Shown here piece after piece: positions 10,255 to 21,799 of a stretch of DNA of 64,000 bases; position 1 is the first letter of the stretch, and every line of letters begins with the position of its first letter. The notes beneath the pieces were generated by a model. That model was not told the origin of the DNA. It worked only from the letters and a program-made list of their open reading frames with translations, and made no database searches. The position numbers and the translations under genes were made by a program. The stretch comes from Takakia lepidozioides (taxonomy: Eukaryota > Plantae > Bryophyta), in NCBI GenBank assembly GCA_030704615.1, contig CM060733.1:50778001-50842000 (forward strand). The letters are read 5' to 3'.

Positions 10255-12080
10255 TGCATCTCAGGGCCAAGTCTGATGAGAGGGCAAAACAGGCTGAAAT
10301 AGGTCGAAGAAGAAGGTGCCCTCACCACATTGGCCTTGACCTTGTGGCCCATGGAGGATTGACTTGGTGAGCATCCATGATGCTCCCGCACTTAACATAC
10401 ATATTGACAAGGGTGTTGAGTAGAAAAACATTTGGCGTGAATCCACTTTGGATAATGTGAGTGTGCACCTGCTTTCTAGTTTCAAGGCCTTTCATCTTGA
10501 TGACTTATGCAAGAGACAGACATACGTATCTAAATCTGCTTCAAAATGCTCTGAATCTGCTGAAATGCCTCCTTGGTTTAAAGTCTATAGAGCCTCTTTC
10601 AGTATGCCTGCCTCACAAAGCACCTTCACATGCCCAGAAGTGCCAGAAGAGGCATTGTGGACTCCCTCTCTTGATCCTCTTCCAGAGACTGTGGTCATGG
10701 TTGAGGTGCCTGATTTTATCAACTGTGCCACTGCAGCTGCTGCCTTTAGTTGACCATCTACGCATGCAGGTTTCTTGTAGCTATTGATCCACAGGGAATC
10801 ATACGTAATCTTAGTGCTTGAAATCTGGCCCTCTTGGATGAATCTGGACCCACACTCTATCCCTTCTTCTTCAGCTATCCATGCATCTGCACAAATCATG
10901 CATTCATCTTTTTCCTTGCTGCTAGCAGCTGACAATGACAACCTAGGAAATCACACTAGTTCCCAATCACACTAGTTCTTATGCTGAATTGCGTCTGCTA
11001 CTCTCTGTCATCTAACAGGGATTCAACTTTTTGCCTCGGTTGTCCCACCATTGACTGGGGTCAGCAAAGTATTCATTCCACACCTTCTCTCTGTTACCTG
11101 TTTTTGGATATTTTCTTGTTATCACATTGGCAGTATCATGTCAAAATCACTCCAAACTAGATTCATTCAACCAGCTAACCTGCAGAATTCAACATGGAAA
11201 TTTAGGGCCAACTCTGACAAGAGGGAAAAACAGGGTGAAATGTGTTGAAGAAGGTGCCTTCATTAGCGGTGCCTTGTTCTATCATTTGTGCCGCTACCGC
11301 TACTGTTTCCAGTTGACCATCTACCCAACGACCTAACTTACAGAATTCAATATGCATCTCAAGGCTGAGTCTGATGAGAGGGCAAAACAGGCTGAAATAG
11401 GTCGAAGAAGTAGGTGCCCTCACCACATTGTCCTTGACCTTGTGGCATGACCCATGCTTGGTAAATCCTGCCAACATTATATTCCACGTGATCAAGATTG
11501 TTGAGGCATTCTATTGAATTCTTGGTGAGCATCCATGATGCTCCCGCCCTTAACGTACATGTTGACAAGGGTGTTGAGTAGAAAAACATTTGGCGTGAAT
11601 CCACTTTGGATAATGTGCGGGTGCACCTGCTTTCTAGCTTCCAGACCTTTCATCTTGATGCACTTAAGCAAGAGACACACATAGGTATCTGAATCTGCTG
11701 AAATGCCTCCTTGGTTTAAAGTCTGTAGAGCCTCTGTCAGTCTGCCTGCCTCACTAAGCATCTTCACATGCGCAGAAGTGCCAGAAGAGGCATTGTGGAC
11801 TCCCTCTCTTGATCCTCTTTCAGAAGCTGCGATAATGGTTGAGGTGAGCATTCCAGAGCTTCTCGTCTCTGTTATCTGTTTTTCGATTCTTTCCTGTTGC
11901 CACATTGGCAGTAACATGTCAAAATCACTCCAAAACCACCGTAGATCCAGCAACGAGCTAACTTGCAGAGTTCAACATCAAAATTTAGGACGACTATGAT
12001 AATAGGCATCTCAGGGCCGAGTCTGATGAGAGGCAAAACAGGCTAAAATCGGTCGAAAAAGGAGGTGCCCTCACCACATT
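10255..12080 (-). pseudogene. Tandemly duplicated 5' regions (leader plus first PPR motifs) of a PLS-PPR gene
   Basis: 11492-11953 encodes ..LSEAGRLTEALQTLNQGGISADSDTYVCLLLKCIKMKGLEARKQVHPHIIQSGFTPNVFLLNTLVNMYVKGGSIMDAHQEFNRM. A near-duplicate is at about 10360-10690. The block GCATCTC..TCTGATGAGAGGGCAAAACAGGCT recurs at about 10256, 11354 and 12006. Confidence 0.82.
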
Positions 12081-12515
12081 GCGTGAAACCCCTCCGCGCT
12101 CAAGCACGCGGGGGCATCCTTTCCCCGCGCTGTTTTTTCGGGCACTTCGGGCAGGTCCCAAAGAAATTGACGACGACAATGACGTGTCTACGATGACCTG
12201 GCTATGATGACACACTGTCTACGATGACCTGTCTACAATGACGTGGCGACGAAACATGGCGAAGATGACGTGGCATTATGGCACCCTATTCCTGCTCTAC
12301 GCTAAACTAGCTTCCGACCTTCGGTCATCGCTAGAACTTATGTACACTAGGGCTTCGCGTTGCTCTGCACTACTAGTGACGAATTCTGAGAACTACGTTC
12401 AATTGGTACAAAAAGGGGATGGGTCATCCCCACGGCACGGGGTGAGTTGTTAATTTATTGATGGGGACTATTAAGTCTTATGAAAAGATGGACTACATTG
12501 TGTTCCGATACATGA

Positions 12516-12905
12516 TGCAATTTTGGATTGTGAATGTTCAAGTCTTATTAAAATGTATATTAATGCCATTATAAAGTCATTGGAGGATGGGGGTGCATGT
12601 GAAAACATTAAGGCTGCAAGATAGCATGTTTTACATGAAGGTGCAGTGCAATTTTGGATTGTGAATGTTCAAGTCTTATTAAAAGGTATATTAATGCCAC
12701 ACTAAAGCCATTGGAGGATGGGGGTGCATGTGAAAACATTAAGGCTAATAGCATGTTTTACATGAAGGTGCAGTGCAATTTTGGATTGTGAATGTTCAAG
12801 TCTTATTAAAAGGTATATTAATGCCACACTAAAGCCATTGGAGGATGGGGGTGCATGTGAAAACATTAAGGCTACAAGATAGCATGTTTTACATGAAGGT
12901 GCAAT
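12516..12905. repeat. About 130-bp tandem repeat, 3 copies
   Basis: TGCAATTTTGGATTGTGAATGTTCAAGTCTTATTAAAA starts at 12516, 12647 and 12774. Confidence 0.93.
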
Positions 12906-13689
12906 GCATAGCCCACATTCTTGTGCATTTGTTGGTAAGATCTGTTTTGACTCACACTAAGTATGTGATTCAGTGATGGCAATACCTTGGAACCCGAGCC
13001 CTGGCCAAAAGGTAGTAGCTTCCCATCAGCTTCGAATAAGCATATATTCTCCACTACTGCAATGCACGACACCTGGGCACAAAAAACATCACCTATATGC
13101 GGGATGGATTCTTATTTTTGCAAAGGTTTCTGTCCCTTTGTGTAATTAACACATTCTATCTCTTCCTACGCTATCATTTGGCCTTCAATTATGTTATATC
13201 CATGGGGCTAACAGCCAAGCCGCTACAGCAAGAAACATCTATTCAGTTTGCAACATGGATGAGCACCTTAAGGATGATTTGAAGGGCCTAGCTATAGTCA
13301 GCACTAGATTGAAATCTAAACTGAGGGCGGGAGTCTACCTTAGAACAATAAACAGATGCAAACACGAAAAGGACATTGTCAATGCCGGCTGTGTGGTCGG
13401 CAATATTCATTTTCTGACCCTGCTGCCATGATCCATTTGGGAGCTAGAGGCTAACGTCAGTAAATATGTTGCGGTGGCATACAACAACAGAAATCCTTCC
13501 ACAATGAATCATAGGTAATCTGGAGCTTGAAATCCGGCCCTCTTGGATGAATCTGGACCCAGATTCTATCCCTGCTCCTTCAGCTATCCATGCCTCTGCA
13601 CAAATCATGCATACATCATTGCCTTACTGCTAGCAGTTGACAACAACAGCCTCGAATTGGTTAGCATCCCATACAACAATTGCTCGGCC

Positions 13690-14075
13690 ACATTTGGAAA
13701 ACATGTCCACGAGGATATTGTTTAGAATCACATCTGGTACAATTCCAGTTTTGGCGATGCAACCATGTACCTCTTTGCCCTTCTCCAGGGCTGCCAGGCT
13801 TGCACACGCACTGCAGACGCACACAAACGTGATGTGGTCGGGCGTCACCCCTTCCCGCATCATTTGCTCGTAGGTCTCCAAAGCCTCCATCCCACGCCCC
13901 TGCTATGCCTGCAAGCATCGCGTTCCACGACACCACATCTCGTTCAGCCATAGTGTTGAAAACTCCCTTCGTATCCTTAATGCACCCACATTTTGCATAT
14001 ATGTCCACTAGGGCAGTGTTCAAGATGACATCTGGTACAATTCCAGCTTTGACGATGTCACCATGGACCTCTTTC
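13690..14075 (-). pseudogene. PLS-class PPR pseudogene segment cut at its 5' side by the CACTA terminus
   Basis: NTALVDIYAKCGCIKDTKGVFNTMAERDVVSWNAMLAG, then a frameshift, then MEALETYEQMMREGVTPDHITFVCVCSACASLAALEKGKEVHG. PPR similarity stops exactly at CACTA (14076). Confidence 0.9.
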
Positions 14076-14099
14076 CACTACTACGTTTAGGGGGGGGTT

Positions 14100-14500
14100 A
14101 GCGACGCCGGGACCCCGAGCGCACTAGACGCGACGACCCTCCTGCGACTGCTGCGCCGCGTAGGCACCCGACCCGGAAATTGCGACGTCTGCGCGTCGCC
14201 GCAGCGCCGCTCCGGTGACGCTTCGCCAGCTTGCGATTCAGCTACGTCGCTACAGTTGGGGCATGACCCACCAGCAAGCTGGGGGTTGCGACGCCCGAGT
14301 GTCGCACGTACCCTCTGCGACGCTCCCGCAAGGCTGCAACTCCAGGGAATCGCAACAACACCCTCTCACACTTAGTCGCGTTGGGAGGGCCGAGCTAGCT
14401 CGCGCTGGGGTTTGCGACGTCCCGACGTCGCAGCAATGCCACAATGGCGACGTTGCGATTCCCCGCAGTTGCAGGCCTGCTGGGGCGTCGCAAGTGCCCT
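14100..14500. repeat. CACTA subterminal repeat region (dense GCGAC/GTCGC motifs in both orientations)
   Basis: Many GCGAC(G)/(C)GTCGC copies; the same motifs recur at 14930-15003 and 21640-21700. Confidence 0.8.
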
Positions 14501-14529
14501 CTTGCCTAGGGGTCTAGGATTGGGGATTG

Positions 14530-14890
14530 CTGCTACGTAATAATTTTTTTTTGGCTGTGTTTTGTTCTGTGAATTCAACCCTTGCACCACTACATCCGTG
14601 CAAACTATTGGACCATATGCTTAATGACAGCGTTTGCAATGCGTGTGCAAATTTTGGGAGTGAACAAAAATCATTTGGACTGAAAACCATATTTTCTTCC
14701 CTCATTTGCACTCCGAAGTTGAGTTCTTTTCAACTTTATGCACTCTCCATAGAGAGTTCCGCAATAGTGAGTGAAGGAAACTCTTTGTTTTTTGTTTTAA
14801 TTTTTATTTGGTCCAAATTTTTCAATGGATGTAGTGGTCTGGGGTTTGCATTCACAGAACAAAATAGAGCTAAAACAAAAATCATTGAGT
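14530..14890. repeat. About 360-bp module with inverted arms; inverted second copy at about 26940-27195
   Basis: 14530-14612 (TTTTGTTCTGTGAAT..ACCACTACATCC) is the inverse of 14808-14890. 14615-14730 matches the reverse complement of about 27085-27192. Confidence 0.8.
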
Positions 14891-15559
14891 AGGAAAAATC
14901 CGCAATCATAGATATTGTAAATGCAGGGGGTTGCGACCTCCAGGGGTCGCCTTGCGACGACATTGCGATGCCCCAACATCTCTGCAACGGAGGGGAATCG
15001 CAATATTGCCTTTTCTGTGTCTTTGCAAAGGTCAAGCTGAATGGATCCATTGTTGCAAATCTTTTTAGTCCTCCTTCTGTGCTACAATATAATAGGTCTA
15101 TCTTGCATGTGGGAGACCGTGATCAACCCGGGCGGCCTTATTGTTAAAGGGGTGGGGACACTAGGAAAGGAAAAGGGAAGGGCCATGGGATTAGAAGGTT
15201 GAGGGTAGATTGCTTTGGCAATGGCTTTGGCAACATTGTTGTCTTTCACACCAATTTCGAAGATTCTTTATGTTGCATCGAGATCATGGTAACCAAATCG
15301 ATTGAAGGGTTTCCAGGGGTAAGTCTTGGTCAGCACTTGTAGAACAAGAACCATGTCTTCCAACATTATTTCCCTCGTACAAAAACTCAACAATCCTAGC
15401 TTTTCGAGTCACAACTTCACTAAAATCATTCCTAGATCGCCACACCTACAAAGGATTTTTTTCATGGATTTTTCATTAATCAATCATAGAAATAAGCTAC
15501 ATGCATGTACATGTACAGTCAATCGAAGGGATGGGTACAATTATGTGCGAGAATTATTA

Positions 15560-18500
15560 TGTAGCTTTGATTACGTGTCTAATCGACTTGAACATCATCA
15601 TCCGGAGCTTCTTCGTCCTCATTAAGCTGCAAGTCTTCTTGTTCGTCAGAGTCATTGTCATAAATGGCCTGGTCACCAAAAGGCACATCTGAATCATCTT
15701 CCACCTCGGTTTCAATGACCATGTCTTCATCTTCTTCTCCAACATCCGCATCTGATGGAGCCTCATTGTATAGGGTCCGGGATGCATTGTCCGGGCCGTC
15801 ATCATTCTCTTGTACCCCCTCTATCTAACCTCGGCCAACATCAGCGTCTCTTCCTCCTCCGCATTTGCCTCGCCCCATGTAGATCCCCGACCATGATAGG
15901 TACGTCTTCCTCTTGGCTGAGCATGCACAACCACCTTCCAATTTCCTGATCCGGAGAAGAAAACTTGCTCCATGTCTGAAGGCCATGAAAAAGGCTCATC
16001 GAAGGGATGATGAGTAGACTCGAGCTTATCTGTATTGATGCGCATGAAACCACACTTCGTCTTCCACTATTTGTTGCGGATGGCCCCACAAGATGTGGCT
16101 GGAACCACCTTGCCTTGAAGATAAGAGGCTGGTGCCTTGTATACTGAAATTGGAGTATGCTCTCAAGCTCTCCAAAGTAGTTGAGTGTGCTCATGGTAGG
16201 TCGTGTATCTCCCCTGCCCCACACGGAGTCTTGCCAATATGAGGCACACAAGCCAGAATCAAACGTTGTTTTGCGCTTCGTGTCAAGAGCACGAATGCAG
16301 AAATGACGACCATGAACCCAAACCGCCGTGTATGAGGTCGCAAATTGAGAGGGGCCCCTTGCAATGTCTTGCACCAAATCTGAAACCACCTCACCTTTCG
16401 CAATGATATCCTCTACTTTAGTCCAAAGCCAATGGCGAAATGAACTTAGAGGCTGCAATTCCATGGGCAATTCTCTTACGCCGACCCCTTGCTCGCGGAG
16501 CGCGTGTAGTCGCCCTTGCATGGTTCCGTCTCCACGCAACCGTCTCCTCATGTCGTTGCTGAACAAGGTTATTGTATCTTGCTTCCCACTCATGTATGGG
16601 TGGGGTGTTCTTCAGTATGAACTCATTAGTTTGGTTAATCACCATGATGGGTAATTTTACCCTCTTTGAATTTTTGGGCAAAACGATGTCATTGGTTCGT
16701 ACATCCTCAACTTCCTTCCACATCGGAGGGGCTTCCTTATCCACCCTTGCCAAGTACTCCATGCAGTAGAACATAGCCTCTTGCAATGTATACCCCTCCG
16801 CCATGCTACCCTCCGGGTGCGTCATTTGTCTTACATGTGCTTTCAAAGTCTTCATGTATCGCTCAAGGTAGTACATCCACCGAGAATGAACGGGGCCGAC
16901 AATCGAAGCCTCTTCCACTAAGTGCACTACCAAGTGCACTTGGATGTCAAAGAAGAAGGGAGGAAGGTGCATCTCCAACATACACATGACCACCGCCGCC
17001 TCCTTCTTCATGCGTGGAAAGTTTGCTTCTTCCAGCTCTTTGGAGCAAATCCACCGGAACAATGCTCCCAATCTATAGACTGTCTCGCAAACCTCGGGAG
17101 TCAATGTCCCACGTACTGCAATGGGCAAGATGTCTTGCAATAGATTGTGGTAGTCATGAGACTTCAAACCATGGACTCCGTCTTCTTCGTTGAACTTCGT
17201 ACGGAGGGATGACCCATAACCAGTTGGTGTTCGGACAACACTTATGGTGGCTATCACTTTTTTGTATTCCTCCTTTGTCCATTGCCAAGGTGTGCGCCTA
17301 TACTTCCACCGTACAACACCCTTTGGATCCACACCATTTTGTTCGGCCCATAGATGATGCATGCGACCCTGCTCCTCAAGCTCCTTTCTAACACCGGGAG
17401 AATCTCCTTTGGCAGCCACTCCCTTCTTTGCCGACGTGCCATGAAGAACGCGAAAAAAGGACGAGCAAACATTCTTCTCAATATGCATGGGATCTAGAAG
17501 ATGACGAATCTTCAGGTCCTACACATATCCCCACCCACAAATTCTTACACGTCTATTTTGTCGTGAAAGTGACAATGGAAATCATACAAAACATGCAATA
17601 TCACATGCATGCATAGCAATATTGATGGTGTTTTTGTGGAATATGTACCGCCCAATATGACAACTCGTAGAAGATTGAAAGTCGCTTCATGCCGGGCACC
17701 TCCACTTCATCGGACCCCTCCGGATGGGCCTCCTTCCATTGGTCTTCCCAAAAGTGCCCGGATGGTGTCACAGGTGGGGGACGTAACTCCACTTTGCCAT
17801 CAAACAAGTATTTGTCTCTTCTTCTCCAATCCTTTAGTGCTCAACCCCGAGCAAACAGTAAGTCCTGTAGACATTCCGCCACATTAGGAAAGACAAAAAA
17901 TTTCTATGTGCATCTACCCCACTACGGTGTAGAAGACTGTCGCCGCTACTTCAATCAATCCCAATCCTCATCAATATCCCTTGACAAGTAAATGTACGCG
18001 GGTTTCTCATGGGGAACATAATATACCTGGATAATCATGCATTGTCCAAAGCAAGATGCCTCTCATCTGAAAAGATTGTCCGGCCATAAGGTCAAGTGAA
18101 GCATCCAATGCCGGGACCCCCCTCCATAACTCCTTCAGGTCATCAACTAGAGGTCGCAACGTGTCCATGTCTTTCACTTGTTTTTTCCTTATGAGACATT
18201 CACACCATTAATTGTTTCAATGCTCCACCATGCTAATTATACTTCATAATGAATGACACATCTTACTACATGATTACGTCACTCATCAATCTTCCATCGG
18301 AATTGCGCCAAAGAGAAGAAGATTAATGTAAAATCCAAAGTAATAATAAGCATGAAATGAGAACACTCACCCGGTACAATGGCAGCCAACATGATATGAC
18401 ATTTTTTTATTGAAAGATACGGAGGGATGTTATAATTCACCATGGTCACCGGCCAAGTGGAATGACTACATGACTGGACAGAGAATGGGTTGACCTCATC

Positions 18501-19427
18501 CAAGGAGAAGCCGAGGCGGACATGTCATGGGTCCTCCAAGAGAAAATGCCACATCTCTTCAATATGCCTCCATGCTTGTGAATCTTGTGGCCCGCACACC
18601 TTTCCCGGGGGCCTCCGATGCGAGGCGTGCCATCTCATCAGTTCTGCCAATGAGGGGCTTCGGTAGTGTGCCTGCCGTCGCGGGATGATTGGAAAGTAGT
18701 GCATTTTCTAGCACCATCCCCATGTCGGCCCCATATCATAATCGGTGTCATTCATATCTCTAAGTAAAACCTTACGTCTTGTAGTGGTTGCAAAAAGGTA
18801 GAATGTAATATACAAGTGTATTGTGGCGCGGGTATACCTTGCGCAGGGCTTTCTTCCCTTGAACATCATCCCGATATCGGTCTTTGTTGCACTTTGGACA
18901 CTTGGTGAGTTTCGCATCCTCTCCGTAGTACAGGGTTTTATCACATGGACATGCATGAAAAATCTTATAGCCCATCCCCACAACATCCAAGGCTGCTCTT
19001 GCCTCTTTTCTTGATCGTGGCATTCTCGGCTTCAAATGTGGGGCAAGGATGTAGTCCGCAATAGTCCGCATTATGGCGGATATACCCACATTGCTTGTGC
19101 CAAACTGGATTTGCAAAGCAGTCAACAAGATGGTTGAAAGTCTACTCACTTTGGCCCCTTCGTATAAGGGAGTTTTGGCTTCTATTTCCATGTCATTCAA
19201 AGAGTCTGTGTCCTCATCTACCATCTGATGCATTAAGAGGTCCTCCATTGCTGCCACATCCTCATGCATAATTCCATTGTCATTGTTGTCCTCATCATCG
19301 GAGACCGCCATTTCAGACAGGGTCGGGTCTCTTTGATACGCACCCCCCTCCGAAAGAACAAAATCCCGGTTCATGACAAGATCATGAACTTCATGAATTA
19401 ACGTCGTGGGGTTGTGGCCGGCATCTT
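15560..19427 (-). pseudogene. CACTA Tnp2/TnpD-type transposase (Transposase_21, DUF4218 and DUF4216-like regions), disrupted
   Basis: Motifs in the expected order: HACPCDKTLYY..CPKC; HYFPIIPR; DEVNPF..HSTWPVTMVNYNIPP; DPMHIEKNV; GLKSHDYH; FFDIQVHLVVHLVEE; GPVHSRWMYYLERYMKTLK..PEGSMAEGY; YFGELESILQFQY; DEPF. Stops and frameshifts are present. Confidence 0.93.
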
Positions 19428-19749
19428 AAGATGCCAAAAACTACCATGTCATTATCAGTTTCCATACATGGCGTTGTTCATTATCATACAAGATAAAACC
19501 CAAAGTACACATTATATACACGAGGGGAATACATACATTGCTTCACCACATGAAGGAGACACTATATAATTCAAAATACCCAAATTCACATATAACGTCC
19601 ACCCAAACTCCCTTGAATATAGCATGAAAAACTGCATCCAAATACACATCAATGCCTAAGTATATATATACACGGTGGAGGAAGCCACGTCCTCAATGTA
19701 CAAAATATCTTCCTACGTCCATCTACACATGATGAAAGTCGGCTAACCG

Positions 19750-21330
19750 GGGTCTTCTCCTCTCCAGCCCTAATAGTCCTCCTTGCACATGTCATCACAA
19801 AAGTGGTGATGTTAGGGTCCAATCTACTATCCCCGTCATGGCGCTCATCCCAAAACACGTTGGCGTGTGGCCCGGCGGTAAGGTAACTGAACTGTTGATG
19901 AGCCCAGCCACGTTGCCGTACACATCGGGGTTTCCGTCACAATAAATATGGGCTTTGCGGCCCAAATTTCTCGCCCTTACATCATTGTCGTTCACAACAA
20001 GGATGTAAGGATGGATCAAGGACCCAAGGCCGTGTGTCTGCAATAATTGCCACTCCCGGTACCTCGGCCCAAAATAGGGGAACAAATCCACAGAATCCTC
20101 TCCTCCCCCAAAACTACATCCTCCATAAAAAAAAGTCCGCGACCCATACTAGGGTCCATTGCCTCCATCACGCAATACATGCGACCCCAAAAAAGAAAAG
20201 GCTCACCCTCGGGAATCGGAACTGGACAAGGCACAAGACATTGGTAGAAATGGGGTTGGACTCCCATCGTGAATAGCTCCTAGCACCACGATGACGTATG
20301 GTGCCGTCATCAGGCCGGCGAAGGCGCGGACCAACCGTGCGAAACAACTTCGGTCCACCTCTCCTAGGGGGCGGCGCCCGTCCATCACTTCGGGGGCCCT
20401 TCTCCCGGAGTGGGAACCTAGTGATCCATCGGTCCCAGTCATACACAGTCCCCAAAGGTGGTGGGATCCATCCGGGTCTGCCGGAGGACCCGGATACGGA
20501 CTCGGTGGCGGCTGTGGTCTCGACAATGGAGGGGAAGGGACACGTAGGTTGGTATGAGGGATCTCGCGTGGAGGTAGTACTGCCCGAGATGGCCGGGATG
20601 ACGATGGTGATGAGGAAAGAACATGTACAATAGGAGAACGGACGATGCGGATGATGGTGATGATGGGGGTGCCGATGTCGAGGATGTCGAACTCGGACTC
20701 GGTGGCGGCTGTGGTCTCGGCAATGGAGGGGAAGGGACACGTAGCCGGTCGTATGAGGACCTCGGATGGCAATGGTGATGAGGAAAGACCATCTACAATA
20801 GAGGAACGGACGATGCGGATGATGGTGATGATGGGGGTGCCGATGTCGAGGATGACGAATGTGTGTGCGTAGGTGACAAGCGCCTAGCCCGGTGCCCAAA
20901 AATAGAAAAACACGCATCGTACCCCGCTACCTCACAAACTGCATCTACGTCATGTTGCGAGAAAAAAATGTTCACATCCGGAACGGGGTGGGGCTCGTAA
21001 GAAGGAAGAAACCCGCATCGGTATGCCTCTTCAGCAAAAAAATTGCGAGCTTGGACATCAAGACGGGGCTGCAAGATGCATGATATGAAATGCATCAATA
21101 CTCAATTCACAAACGCGAGGTTTCATTAGATATAGTACTTTTAATTGAGGAGTACGTGAGAAGATATATGGACGACTTACCTTTGCTGCATCAGCAATCT
21201 CGTACTTGGCGTAATGTTTTTGCACAACATGGGGTCGCCCTCAACGGGTGGTTGTGGCACAGCCGACAACGAATCCTCAAACGTGACACGTTGATAAACA
21301 CACGGCATGACCTAGCACGAGAAAGAGGTA
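19750..21330 (-). pseudogene. SET-domain cargo gene, copy 1 (frameshifted)
   Basis: Across frames: PRLDVQARNFFAEEAYRCGFL, an S/P-rich linker, FWGRMYCVMEAMDPSMGRGLFFMEDV, DLFPYFGP..CDGNPDVYGNVAGLINSS, ANVFWDE..FVMTCARRTIRAGEE. Putative intron at 21180-21069. Confidence 0.72.
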
Positions 21331-21799
21331 GAGTACCGTATTGTGACCCACTGTAACCTCCGGAGGAGTTACACTCCCAACCCTTGGAAAAACTTGAAAA
21401 AAAAAACCCTACAAACGTAAAGCCATAAAAAAAAACAAAACCCTAAAAACAAAACTATATTGCAGCTAATCCTAAATTAACTATATTATAACTAACCCTA
21501 AACTAAACTATGTAACCCTTAAAACCCTAAGAGCCAAAGACCCAAAAACCCAAATGATCCTTGCAAAACCCCATAACCCAAAAAACCAAAAAAATAAAAT
21601 AAAAAATGAGAGGCCTCTTCAACTCACTCTGCGCAGATCTGCGAAACTGTGCGACGTCCCCCTGAGGCAGCGACGCTCGTGCGATTCCCCAACGTCGCAG
21701 CGGATCCTCCTCCTGCCAAGGTGGCCGCCCTTCTCTCCCCTTCTCTCTCCCCTTCGCGAAGGCGCCTGATCGCCGCCGAGGTTTTCCGGTGGGGTCGCC

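Noticed and set aside
8655-12905. Tandem arrays at 8655-9165 and 12516-12905 as CRISPR-like arrays
   Set aside because: They are head-to-tail whole-unit duplications with no unique spacers, no cas genes, and a eukaryotic context.
21400-21600. AAACCCTA motifs as telomeric repeats
   Set aside because: Scattered and degenerate in A-rich sequence; better explained as telo-box-like motifs in the transposon 5' region.
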